Positions 39,184 to 48,331 of a stretch of DNA of 64,000 nucleotides are shown piece by piece. The position numbers and the translations under genes are program-made. Position 1 is the first letter of the stretch. The number at the start of each line of letters is the position of its first letter. Under the pieces are notes generated by a model, which saw nothing but the letters and a program-made list of their open reading frames with translations, had not been told where the DNA came from and ran no database searches. Source of the stretch: an uncultured Acidobacteriota bacterium. Lineage in GTDB: Bacteria; Acidobacteriota; Thermoanaerobaculia; Gp7-AA8. Location: assembly GCA_963741955.1 (NCBI GenBank), contig CAVUKB010000009.1, positions 32,001-96,000 of the forward strand. Reading direction: 5' to 3'.

Positions 39184-39882
39184 ATGAAGAACTCCAGCGT
39201 GGAACCAGCTCCCGTCGCGTCCGGACGCCGATTCTTCTGGATCGTGTTTCTCCTCTTCGTCGCGGGCCTCGCCGCGTGGTTCTCTCCGCTGCGGCAGTTC
39301 GTCGATCCGAAAAGCATCGCGGGGTGGCTCCGGGCCGCCGGCGGAAACTGGTGGACGCCGCTCGTCTTCATCGTTCTCTATTCGGTTTTCGACATCTTTC
39401 TCATTCCGGCGACGATTCTTTCACTCACCGCAGGCGTCGTGTGGGGATGGTTGGAAGGAGGACTCTGGGTGCTCCTCGCGTCGAGCATCGGCTCGCTCTT
39501 CCCGTATCTGATCGGGCGGTCCGGAGCACCGTGGATCACCGCGCGCCTGGAGCGGATCTCGGGAGGTGTTTACGAGAAACTCCAGCATGAGGGGTTCATC
39601 ACCCTTCTCCTCCTGCGGCTGGTTCCGATCTTTCCGTACAACGTACTGAACTACGCGGCCGGACTCGCAGGAATCCGCCCGCGCGACTACATCCTGGCGA
39701 CGTTTCTCGGAACCATTCCCGGCATTTTCATCTTCACCTACCTCGCCGACTCGATCGCTGCAGGTGTGGTCAGCCCGCGCGAAGCGTTCGTCCGCATCCT
39801 CCTTGCAGGGGCTCTGCTCGGAGGCGTGGCAATCATCGGCAGGCTGTTCGCGGGGCGGGTGCGCAGCAGGCTCGAGCAGTGA
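39184..39882 (+). CDS. TVP38/TMEM64 (VTT/DedA) membrane protein
   Basis: LLRLVPIFPYNVLNYAAGL, ATFLGTIPG. Confidence 0.92.
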   Translation: MKNSSVEPAPVASGRRFFWIVFLLFVAGLAAWFSPLRQFVDPKSIAGWLRAAGGNWWTPLVFIVLYSVFDIFLIPATILSLTAGVVWGWLEGGLWVLLASSIGSLFPYLIGRSGAPWITARLERISGGVYEKLQHEGFITLLLLRLVPIFPYNVLNYAAGLAGIRPRDYILATFLGTIPGIFIFTYLADSIAAGVVSPREAFVRILLAGALLGGVAIIGRLFAGRVRSRLEQ

Positions 39883-39987
39883 TGAACGATTCGAGAATCC
39901 CGCGACGCGCCGATCTGTCATATCCTTGATCTTCGAATCTCTTCCGGCCGCCCGCGGCAGAGGTGGCCCCGATCGATGGAGGTAACC

Positions 39988-41154
39988 ATGAAGAACCCAC
40001 TGCTGGATCTCGTCCGAGTCGGACAGAGCGTCTGGTATGACCAGATGCAGCGGTCGCTGATCACGTCCGGAAGTCTCCGGAAAATGATCGATGAAGACGG
40101 ACTGCGCGGACTGACGTCGAATCCGACGATCTTCGACAAGGCCATCGCAGGAAGCAGCGACTACGACGAACAGCTTCGAACGCTCGCGCGCGAAGGTCGT
40201 GACGCGGATGAGATCTATGAAGCGATCGTCACCCGCGACATCGGCGACGCAGCGGACATTTTCCGGCCGGTGTACGACCGTACCGGCGGAACGGACGGCT
40301 TCGTGAGTCTCGAAGTCCGCCCCGGGAAGGCGAACGACACCCAGGCGACGATCGACGAAGTGGAGCACTTCTGGAAGAAGCTCTCCCGTCCCAACCTGAT
40401 GATGAAGATCCCGGCCACCCCGGAGGGTCTGCCGGCGATCGAGGAGTCGATCGCGCGCGGCTACAACGTCAACATCACTCTCATCTTCGCCCGCGACGTC
40501 TACCGTCAGGTGATCGAAGCGTATCTCCGCGGTCTCGAACGCCGCCTCGCGGCGCGCCAGCCGATCGGAAGAGTCGCGTCGGTGGCCAGCTTCTTCGTCA
40601 GCCGGATCGATTCGAAAGTCGACAAGCGACTGGAGAAGAAGATCGAGACGGCGAGCGGAAAGCAAAAAGAGGAACTGTCGGCTCTCCTCGGCCGGATCGC
40701 GATCGCGAACGCGAAACTCGCGTACCAGACCTTCAAGGAAGTCTTCGGCAGCGATCGGTTCGCGCGTCTGCGCGAGCACGGAGCGCGGGTCCAGCGGCCG
40801 CTCTGGGCCTCCACGAGCACGAAAAATCCGGCCTACTCCGACGTGATGTACGTCCACGAGCTGATCGGACCCGACACGGTGAACACCGTTCCTCCGGCCA
40901 CCCTCGACGCTTTCCGCGACCACGGCGTGGTGCGGGAGACTCTCGACGACGACGTCGACGGAGCACGCCAGGTTCTGGAAGGCCTGGAGGCGGCGGGCAT
41001 CAGTCTCGACGAGGTCACCACGGAGCTGACCCGCGAGGGGGTCGGGTCTTTCACGGAGTCGTTCGACTCGCTGATGTCCACCATCGAGGAGCGCCGGGCG
41101 CGCTTCGCGGGAGCCGAAGTCGCAGCCGGGAGTACGGGGACGAAAAACCGATGA
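39988..41154 (+). CDS. tal: Transaldolase
   Basis: GLTSNPTIF, MKIPATPEG, NITLIF, SFFVSRID, LWASTSTK. Confidence 0.95.
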   Translation: MKNPLLDLVRVGQSVWYDQMQRSLITSGSLRKMIDEDGLRGLTSNPTIFDKAIAGSSDYDEQLRTLAREGRDADEIYEAIVTRDIGDAADIFRPVYDRTGGTDGFVSLEVRPGKANDTQATIDEVEHFWKKLSRPNLMMKIPATPEGLPAIEESIARGYNVNITLIFARDVYRQVIEAYLRGLERRLAARQPIGRVASVASFFVSRIDSKVDKRLEKKIETASGKQKEELSALLGRIAIANAKLAYQTFKEVFGSDRFARLREHGARVQRPLWASTSTKNPAYSDVMYVHELIGPDTVNTVPPATLDAFRDHGVVRETLDDDVDGARQVLEGLEAAGISLDEVTTELTREGVGSFTESFDSLMSTIEERRARFAGAEVAAGSTGTKNR

Positions 41155-42824
41155 GTGTCGAAGTCGCGCGGGAGCGCATCGAGCGTGAGGAGTGGATCGG
41201 ACGCATCTGGAAGAAGGATGCGACGGTCTGGAAAAGCGAGCCTGAACACCGGGACGTGATCTCGAACGCACTCGGGTGGCTCGATGTGGTTCCGGTGATG
41301 CTCGGCCGGCTCGACGAGCTGACCTCGTTCGCCGCCGAGGCGCGCAGCTCGTTCGATCATGTGGTGGTGTTGGGGATGGGAGGCTCGAGCCTCTGCGCGG
41401 AGGTCTTCCGCACCGCCTTCGGTCCCCGCGACGGATGGCCGTTGCTTCACGTTCTCGATTCGACCGTTCCTGCAGCGGTCCGCGGGCTCGAAGCGGGACT
41501 CGACCTCGAGCGCACTCTGTTCGTCGTCGTGTCGAAATCGGGCACCACCACCGAGCCGCAGATGTTCTATCGCTACTTCTTCGATCGTCTCCGCTCGACG
41601 CGCGGGGATCGAGCCGGGGAGAACTTCGTCGCCATCACCGATCCGGGGACGAAACTCGAAGAAGAGGCGGAGCGCGATCATTTTCGCCGGACCTTTCTCA
41701 ACTTCACCGATATCGGAGGCCGCTATTCGGTCCTCTCCTATTTCGGGATGGTTCCTGCCGCGATTTCGGGAGTGGACGTGAAGTCGATCCTCGACTCCGC
41801 GGCCAGCGCTCGGGTGAGCTGCCAGCATTCACGATTGGAGGCGAACCCCGGTGCGGCGCTCGGGGCGTGGATGGCCGGCAACGCGCAGGAAGGGCGTGAC
41901 AAGCTCACCATCGTCACCGGCCCCACTCTCGGCTCGCTCGGTCTCTGGATCGAGCAGCTGATCGCCGAAAGTACCGGGAAGGAAGGCCACGGAATTCTTC
42001 CGATCGCTACCGAGCCGATCGAGGGAGCCGATCAGTACGGGAAGGACCGTGCGTTCGCCTTCGTGCGGCTGGCGGACGAGAAGGAAGGAGATCTTCCCGA
42101 GCGGATTGCTGAGATCGAAAAGGAGGGCCACCCGGTGTTGCGGCGATCGCTCGGTTCGCTGGCGGAGCTCGGAGCGGAGTTCTTCACCTGGGAATTCGCC
42201 ACAGCCGTTGCCGGCGCCGTTCTCGGCATCGACGCGTTCGATCAGCCGAACGTTCAGGAGTCGAAGGACCGGACCCGGAAGCTGCTCGCCGAGTTCGATC
42301 AGACGGGAGCACTCGCCCAGCCTCCGCTCGTCGCAGAGGGGAGAGGAATCCGCATCCAGAGCGAGCGGAAGCCACCCGCCGCCGGGACCAGCGTGACGGA
42401 CGCCCTGCATCAGTTCATCGAACAGTCGGGCGAAGGCGATTTCGTGGCGTTCATGGAGTACATCGCCGAATCGGCGGAGCGGGACGCGATCATCGCTTCG
42501 ATGCGCCGGGACGTGATGCGCTGCCGCAAGCTCGCCACGACGTCGGGCTATGGCCCGCGCTTCCTTCATTCGACCGGTCAGTTCCACAAGGGAGGGCCGA
42601 ACGAAGGGGTGTTCATTCAGCTCACCTCGGATGACGAGGAGCTGCCGATTCCGGGCGAAAAGTTCGGCTTCGCGGTGCTCAAAGAGGCGCAGGCGCTGGG
42701 CGACTTCGCCGCGCTGGTCGCTCACGGAAGACGCGCGATCCGGGTGCATCTGGGCGGCGACGCGACCGCCGGCCTGAAGACGTTCGCGCATCTTCTCGGC
42801 CAGGCCGTCGCGTCGAACCGCTGA
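41151..42824 (+). CDS. pgi: Glucose-6-phosphate isomerase (Tal-Pgi associated type)
   Basis: GMGGSSL, SKSGTTTE, GGRYS, QLIAESTGKEG, FDQPNVQESK, HSTGQFHKGG. Confidence 0.9.
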   Translation: MSVEVARERIEREEWIGRIWKKDATVWKSEPEHRDVISNALGWLDVVPVMLGRLDELTSFAAEARSSFDHVVVLGMGGSSLCAEVFRTAFGPRDGWPLLHVLDSTVPAAVRGLEAGLDLERTLFVVVSKSGTTTEPQMFYRYFFDRLRSTRGDRAGENFVAITDPGTKLEEEAERDHFRRTFLNFTDIGGRYSVLSYFGMVPAAISGVDVKSILDSAASARVSCQHSRLEANPGAALGAWMAGNAQEGRDKLTIVTGPTLGSLGLWIEQLIAESTGKEGHGILPIATEPIEGADQYGKDRAFAFVRLADEKEGDLPERIAEIEKEGHPVLRRSLGSLAELGAEFFTWEFATAVAGAVLGIDAFDQPNVQESKDRTRKLLAEFDQTGALAQPPLVAEGRGIRIQSERKPPAAGTSVTDALHQFIEQSGEGDFVAFMEYIAESAERDAIIASMRRDVMRCRKLATTSGYGPRFLHSTGQFHKGGPNEGVFIQLTSDDEELPIPGEKFGFAVLKEAQALGDFAALVAHGRRAIRVHLGGDATAGLKTFAHLLGQAVASNR

Positions 42825-42874
42825 TCCACGCGCCGCTCATCGGCGCAAAGAGAAGACCGACAGGAGGAAAATCG

Positions 42875-44320
42875 ATGCCGGAGACGAATCAGCCCCAGGC
42901 GCGCTTCGGAATGATCGGACTCGGAGTGATGGGTGCGAACCTCGCCCTGAACGTGCACGATCACGGATTCCCGGTTGCGGTGTGGAATCTCGAGAGCGAG
43001 TGGGTCGACCGCTTCATCGCCGAGCATGGGAGTGGCGGCGGATTCACCGGCACCACGACCTTCGAGGAATTCGTCGCTGCGCTCGAGCGCCCCCGCCGGA
43101 TCATGATGATGATCAAAGCGGGATCGCCGGTCGATCAGACCATCGCGAAGATCGCACCGCTGCTCGACGAAGGCGACGTTCTCGTCGACGGCGGCAACTC
43201 CTGGTTTCGCGACACCCAGCTCCGCGAGGCCGCGCTGCGCCCGAAGAAGATCCACTTCGTCGGATGCGGCGTTTCGGGAGGCGAGGAAGGTGCTCGCCGC
43301 GGACCTTCGATGATGCCCGGAGGATCGGTGAGCTCGTGGCAGAGCCTCGCTCCGGTGTTCGAGGCGATCGCCGCGAAGACCGAGTCCGGTCCCTGCGTGA
43401 CTCACGTCGGCCCGGACGGAGCGGGACACTTCGTGAAGATGGTCCACAACGGGATCGAATACGGTGACATGCAGTTGATCGCCGAGATGTACGACCTTCT
43501 GCGGAACGCGCTGGGAGCGGATGCGGGGAGGCTCGCCGAGATTTTCGCAGAGTGGAACCAGGGACCTCTCGAGTCGTTTCTGATCGAGATCACTGCCCGG
43601 ATTTTCCGCGCGACCGATCCCGAGACGGGGAGACCGCTGGTCGACCTGGTTCTCGACCGCGCCGGGCAGAAGGGGACCGGAAAGTGGACCGCGCAGGTCG
43701 CGCTCGACCTCGCGGTGCCGGTTCCGACCATCGCTGCAGCGATCGACGCGCGGGTCCTCTCGAGCATGAAGGACGAGCGCGTCGCAGCGAGCCGGATGCT
43801 GCAGGGACCGCGGCGCGACGGCTCGATCCCGCCGGCAGAACAGATCATCGCGGACGCCCACAACGCCCTCTTCGGTGCGAAGATCTGCACGTACGCCCAG
43901 GGCATGGCACTGATTGCCGCCGGTTCGCGGGAGTACTCATGGGGCGTTTCGCTCCGGGAGATGGCGAGAATCTGGAAGGGCGGCTGCATCATCCGGGCGA
44001 AATTTCTCGATTCGATCATGCGCGCCTACGAACGCGATCCGGAACTGCCGAACCTCCTCGTCGACCGCGATTTCACCGGCGTTCTTCAGCAGACCCAGGC
44101 CGGATGGCGGCGTACTCTCGGGCTGGCTCAGACGCTCGGAATTCCGATGCCCGCCCTTTCGGCGAGTCTCGCGTACTTCGACAGCTACCGCACGGCGAAG
44201 CTCCCGCAGAACCTCACTCAGGCCCAGCGCGACTACTTTGGAGCGCACACCTACGAGCGCGCCGATCATCCGGAGCGGGGATTCGTGCATACGGAGTGGT
44301 CGGACCTGATCGGGAAGTGA
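42875..44320 (+). CDS. gndA: 6-phosphogluconate dehydrogenase (NADP-dependent, decarboxylating)
   Basis: IGLGVMG, GVSGGEEGA, KMVHNGIEYGDMQ, QRDYFGAHTY. Confidence 0.97.
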   Translation: MPETNQPQARFGMIGLGVMGANLALNVHDHGFPVAVWNLESEWVDRFIAEHGSGGGFTGTTTFEEFVAALERPRRIMMMIKAGSPVDQTIAKIAPLLDEGDVLVDGGNSWFRDTQLREAALRPKKIHFVGCGVSGGEEGARRGPSMMPGGSVSSWQSLAPVFEAIAAKTESGPCVTHVGPDGAGHFVKMVHNGIEYGDMQLIAEMYDLLRNALGADAGRLAEIFAEWNQGPLESFLIEITARIFRATDPETGRPLVDLVLDRAGQKGTGKWTAQVALDLAVPVPTIAAAIDARVLSSMKDERVAASRMLQGPRRDGSIPPAEQIIADAHNALFGAKICTYAQGMALIAAGSREYSWGVSLREMARIWKGGCIIRAKFLDSIMRAYERDPELPNLLVDRDFTGVLQQTQAGWRRTLGLAQTLGIPMPALSASLAYFDSYRTAKLPQNLTQAQRDYFGAHTYERADHPERGFVHTEWSDLIGK

Positions 44321-44386
44321 GATGGACGAAATCGACTGAGTGGATGGCGAGCGCGGATCGCAGGGAATGAAGGCGCCCATCTTCCT

Positions 44387-44798
44387 CCCTCTCGTCTCCC
44401 GCCTCTCGTCTCTCGTCTCTCGTCTCTCGTCTCTCGCCTCCCGCCTCTCGTCTCTCGTCTCTCGTCTCTCGCCTCTCGTCTCTCGCCCCTCGTCTCTCGT
44501 CTCTCGCCCCTCGTCTCCCGTCCCGAGCCCCGAGCCCCGAGCCCCGAGCCTCGCGTCTCCCGCGTCTCCCGCCTCTCGCCTCTCGTCTCTCGTCTCTCGC
44601 CTCTCGTCTCTCGCCCCGAGCCCCGCGCCTCGAGCCTCGCGTCTCCCGCGTCTCCCGCCTCTCGCCTCTCGCCTCTCGTCTCTCGCCTCTCGTCTCTCGC
44701 CCCGAGCCCCGAGCCTCGAGCCTCGAGCCTCGCGTCTTCCGTCCCTCGTCTCTCGCCTCTCGCCTCTCGCCTCTCGCCTCTCGCCTCTCGCGTCTCCC
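44387..44798. repeat. Compound heptamer microsatellite (CGTCTCT/CGCCTCT/CGAGCCC variants)
   Basis: ~410 bp of in-phase 7-mers, strongly pyrimidine-rich on the + strand. Confidence 0.93.
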
Positions 44799-44810
44799 AT
44801 CACCCCTCGA

Positions 44811-44826
44811 TGTGACCGAAGTCATA
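44811..44826. promoter_or_regulatory. Crp/Fnr-family box upstream of radical SAM gene
   Basis: TGTGACCGAAGTCATA. Confidence 0.6.
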
Positions 44827-44858
44827 CCGCGGCGCTTCCCCTCGGGGTTTCATGAGCC

Positions 44859-46106
44859 ATGATGAACGGAGTGGAGCTCGAGATCGAGCTGTTCTGTCGC
44901 GGGATGCGGATCGATGCTTCCTGCCACGTCGACGAAGATGGCCGGCGGATCGCGCGAACCCGCGCCGGCCTCGGGTCGGGCCTCGAGATCGTGATCCCCA
45001 CCCGCCGGAAGAAGATCTGGCTGAACGTCCCGGTGACCGAATGGTTCGCCGAAGACTCTCCGTTCCTCCTGGTCCGGAGCGACGGCGGAGGCTATCTCGT
45101 CCGTGACGGTCGCGACGGGACGGAGTACCCGGTGGAGATCCCTCGCGAGCCGGTCTGGTATTCGCGACGCACCTCGTCGGGAGTGGAGATGTGCCGGGTG
45201 GGCGTGCTGCAGGGAAACTATCTCGGCGTTTACGTACTCTCGAGCTGCATGTACTGGAACCTCTCCACCTCGGAGGCGTGCAAGTTCTGCACGACCGGGA
45301 AGAACGTCGGCGCGAACGAGGAATCGAGAAAGCGGCTCTCGGACGTGATCGAGACCGCGAAGGCGGCGCGCGCCGAATCGGGATCGGTCTTCACGCATCT
45401 GAACACCGGCTACCACTTCGAAGAGGACGATCGGAAATCGGCAGTACACGGGTTGAATCAGTGTCTTCCGTACGTGGAAGCGATCCGGCGGGAAGTCGGA
45501 GGATTCATCGGGGTGCAGGCGATGCCGGTGCCGCGACGGATGTACGAGGACTACGACCGGCTGATCGACGCGGGAACGGATCACTTCTCGTTCTGCTACG
45601 AGTTCGAGGACGAAGAGGCGTTCGCACGCCTCTGTCCGGGGAAGGCCCGCACGCACGGCCAGCGCTCGTTCTTCGAAGCGATGGACTACACCGCAGGAAA
45701 GCTCGGAAAAGGGCGGGTCTCGGGAGAGATCATTGCCGGGCTGGAACCGATCGAAGCGACCATGCGCGGGATCGACCGGATCGTCGGAGCGGGAGCATTT
45801 CCGACCGTCTGCATCTTCCGGCCGACCGCCGGAAGCGAGCTCGAGCACACGCCGCCTCCCGATCCGGGGGCGATGAAGGAGGTCTTCGCGCACCTGCATG
45901 AAGCGTGTCGCGATGCGGGGATTCCGGTCGGCGTTCTCCCGATCGAGGTCTCTCTGGTGGTCCAGCCGGAAGAGACGATCGACCTGGTGGAACCGAACCT
46001 CAAGTCGGCGTTCTACGACTGGAAGAACGGAGTTCTGCGCACGCTGGCACGCCCGTACGTCTCCTGGAAGATGCGACCCCGAGCGATCTCCGGAACCGCG
46101 GCCTGA
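44859..46106 (+). CDS. Radical SAM protein with extended Cys motif
   Basis: CMYWNLSTSEACKFC (CX10CX2C), RTRAGLGSGLE, IIAGLEP, CIFRP. Confidence 0.82.
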   Translation: MMNGVELEIELFCRGMRIDASCHVDEDGRRIARTRAGLGSGLEIVIPTRRKKIWLNVPVTEWFAEDSPFLLVRSDGGGYLVRDGRDGTEYPVEIPREPVWYSRRTSSGVEMCRVGVLQGNYLGVYVLSSCMYWNLSTSEACKFCTTGKNVGANEESRKRLSDVIETAKAARAESGSVFTHLNTGYHFEEDDRKSAVHGLNQCLPYVEAIRREVGGFIGVQAMPVPRRMYEDYDRLIDAGTDHFSFCYEFEDEEAFARLCPGKARTHGQRSFFEAMDYTAGKLGKGRVSGEIIAGLEPIEATMRGIDRIVGAGAFPTVCIFRPTAGSELEHTPPPDPGAMKEVFAHLHEACRDAGIPVGVLPIEVSLVVQPEETIDLVEPNLKSAFYDWKNGVLRTLARPYVSWKMRPRAISGTAA

Positions 46107-46212
46107 GCCTCTCCGCTGCCGATCGCCGAGCCCGAGAATGGAATCGGAAACGAGCCTGTTCTCACGGGCGGACGGTAGTGCTAGTATCTGACCGCTTAAG
46201 GAACGCTCGGCC

Positions 46213-46932
46213 ATGCACGCTCCCTACAATCTCGAAATCACCGACAGCTGTTCGAAGTGCCGGCTGCGGGCAGAGAAGATTTTCTGCCAGCTTTCGCCGA
46301 CGGCCCTCGAAGCGCTCGAAGCACTCAAGTTCACGAGCGTTTATCCGGCGGGCTCTCTCCTGTTCGTGCAGGGTCAGGCTCCTCGCGGGATCTTCATTCT
46401 GTGCAGCGGGCGGGTGAAGGTATCGACCTGCTCGAACGACGGAAAAACGCTGATTCTGAAAATCGCGAACGAAGGTGATGTTCTCGGCCTCAGCTCCGCG
46501 ATTCTGGAACGCCCGTACGAAGTTTCGGCCGAGACGGTCGAACCCTCACAGGTCAACTTCGTCAAGCGTGAGGATTTTCTCCGCTTTCTCTCCGAATACG
46601 GTGATGCATGTCTCCACGCCGCGCAGCAGCTCAGCGAGAGCTACCATTCCGCGCAGAAGGAGATTCGCTCGCTGGGCCTGTCGCAGTCGGCGTCCGAAAA
46701 GCTCGCCCGTCTTCTTCTCGAGTGGGCGGACGGCGGCACCTCTCGCCCCGAAGGCGACATTCGCGTGAAGCTGTTCCTCACCCACGAGGAGATCGCGCAG
46801 ATGATCGGCAGCTCGCGCGAAACGGTGACCCGCCTGCTGAGTGACTTCAAGAAGCGCGACATCATTCAGATCAAGGGCTCCACGCTCCTGATCCGGGATC
46901 GCGATCAGCTCGAAGAAATGCTCAACAGCTGA
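46213..46932 (+). CDS. Crp/Fnr family transcriptional regulator with N-terminal Cys cluster
   Basis: CSKC-X8-C, cNMP-binding barrel, HTH LTHEEIAQMIGSSRETVTR. Confidence 0.95.
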   Translation: MHAPYNLEITDSCSKCRLRAEKIFCQLSPTALEALEALKFTSVYPAGSLLFVQGQAPRGIFILCSGRVKVSTCSNDGKTLILKIANEGDVLGLSSAILERPYEVSAETVEPSQVNFVKREDFLRFLSEYGDACLHAAQQLSESYHSAQKEIRSLGLSQSASEKLARLLLEWADGGTSRPEGDIRVKLFLTHEEIAQMIGSSRETVTRLLSDFKKRDIIQIKGSTLLIRDRDQLEEMLNS

Positions 46933-47130
46933 GAGGATGCTCGCACGAGCAGACGCACGACGCCGCGCAACCCAGCGCGGCGTTTTCGTTTCTATATAGC
47001 CGTTTATCTCGATCGCTCCTGTGTCGCGCATCGCGATTCCGCGTGAGGCAGGAGTCACGCTCCGCTGTATCAGTTGTCACAGCGGCTGCAGAGTGGGCTC
47101 CGTAAGCTTCGCGCAGTGGTCGAGAAAGCC

Positions 47131-47586
47131 ATGGAACCCCTGACTTGCATCATCCGAAACGCTCTCTCCGAGCCTTCAGATCAGACGCTCGCGACGCTTG
47201 ATTCGCTCAAGAAGACGCACGTCTATCAACCGGGAGACCGGCTGTTCACGGAAGGCGAACAACCTCGTGCGGTCTACGTCGTCTGCAGCGGATCGGTGCG
47301 CCTCTTCCTTTCGTCCGGCCAGGGCCGCATGCTCGACCTGCGTACCACTGAAGCCGGCGAGATCCTCGGTCTGACGTCGGTACTCGCGGACCGTCCCTAC
47401 GACATGACTGCGGAAGTCGTGGAGCCTTCGAAGATCGGGATCATCGATCGGGAAGAGATTCTCTCCTTCTTCAGCTCTCAGAACGACGTCGGCATCCGTA
47501 TTCTCGAGATCCTCAGCAAGGACGTCCACAACTGCTACGAGCTGGTGCGCAGTTTCAGCGAAAAGGGCCACCGTCACCGCATGTGA
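47131..47586 (+). CDS. Crp-like cNMP-binding-domain protein lacking the HTH
   Basis: LFTEGEQPRAVYVVCSGSVRL, GEILGL; paralogous to upstream regulator, ends after C-helix. Confidence 0.85.
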   Translation: MEPLTCIIRNALSEPSDQTLATLDSLKKTHVYQPGDRLFTEGEQPRAVYVVCSGSVRLFLSSGQGRMLDLRTTEAGEILGLTSVLADRPYDMTAEVVEPSKIGIIDREEILSFFSSQNDVGIRILEILSKDVHNCYELVRSFSEKGHRHRM

Positions 47587-47597
47587 CCCGAGTCACA
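47582..47597. promoter_or_regulatory. Perfect Crp-type box upstream of cytochrome c
   Basis: TGTGACCCGAGTCACA. Confidence 0.75.
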
Positions 47598-47722
47598 GCG
47601 GGGGGTGACTCGCTTCCTTCGACGCTCCGGGAGAGAGTTCTACGATTCGATCATCGTCGCGGTGGCGGCCACCGCGGATGGAACAGCAGGCAACTTCAGA
47701 GAGATCGCAGGAGCACACACCA

Positions 47723-48064
47723 ATGGAAAAGCACACCAAAGACTGGATCGGAATCGCAATCGGAAGCCTCGCGCTCGTCGCTTTCATCTTCGTGGCCCGT
47801 CCGGCCCATGCGGCGGACAATGGCGCAACGATGTTCAAGGCGAAGTGCGTGGCCTGCCACGGCGCGGACGGCAGCGGCCAGACCGTGATGGGAAAGAAGT
47901 TCGGGATCAAGGATCTCGGATCGGCAGAGGTGCAGAAGCTCACCGATCAGCAGCTGTTCGACATCATCTCGAAAGGCCAGAACAAAATGCCGTCCTACAG
48001 CGGCAAGATCACCGATGAAGAGATCAAGAGCCTCGTCACCTTCATCAGGACCCTCAAGAAATAA
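47723..48064 (+). CDS. Periplasmic monoheme cytochrome c (class I)
   Basis: Signal peptide (AHA), CVACH, distal KMP Met. Confidence 0.93.
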   Translation: MEKHTKDWIGIAIGSLALVAFIFVARPAHAADNGATMFKAKCVACHGADGSGQTVMGKKFGIKDLGSAEVQKLTDQQLFDIISKGQNKMPSYSGKITDEEIKSLVTFIRTLKK

Positions 48065-48088
48065 CTCTTCCGCGATATCCTTCTCGCT

Positions 48089-48124
48089 GAACGAGAGGCC
48101 CTCGCGGGCCTCTCGTTCTTTTTT
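48089..48124 (+). terminator. Intrinsic terminator
   Basis: GAACGAGAGGCCC-TCGC-GGGCCTCTCGTTC-TTTTTT. Confidence 0.85.
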
Positions 48125-48175
48125 CGGCCACCGGACTGGCGAGCGGCGATTCGAGCCGGCCCCCGACCCCCTCCG

Positions 48176-48214
48176 GGTGACCCCAGTCACACACGCCGGG
48201 TGACCCCTCTCATC
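48176..48214. promoter_or_regulatory. Tandem Crp-type boxes upstream of multiheme cytochrome
   Basis: GGTGACCCCAGTCACA at 48176 and weaker GGTGACCCCTCTCATC at 48199. Confidence 0.65.
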
Positions 48215-48331
48215 GTTGATCCTGCGGCATTCCATTACTCTCCGCGACAGGAGGGCCGAGTCTCCCGATCCTCGACTGTCTCCATCTCCATGCACGAGAT
48301 TCCCTACCGAGTCGAACCCGCGGAGGCCCCA

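Noticed and set aside
43937-44855. Arg/Glu- or Ser/Leu-rich ORFs
   Set aside because: Translations of the heptamer microsatellite.
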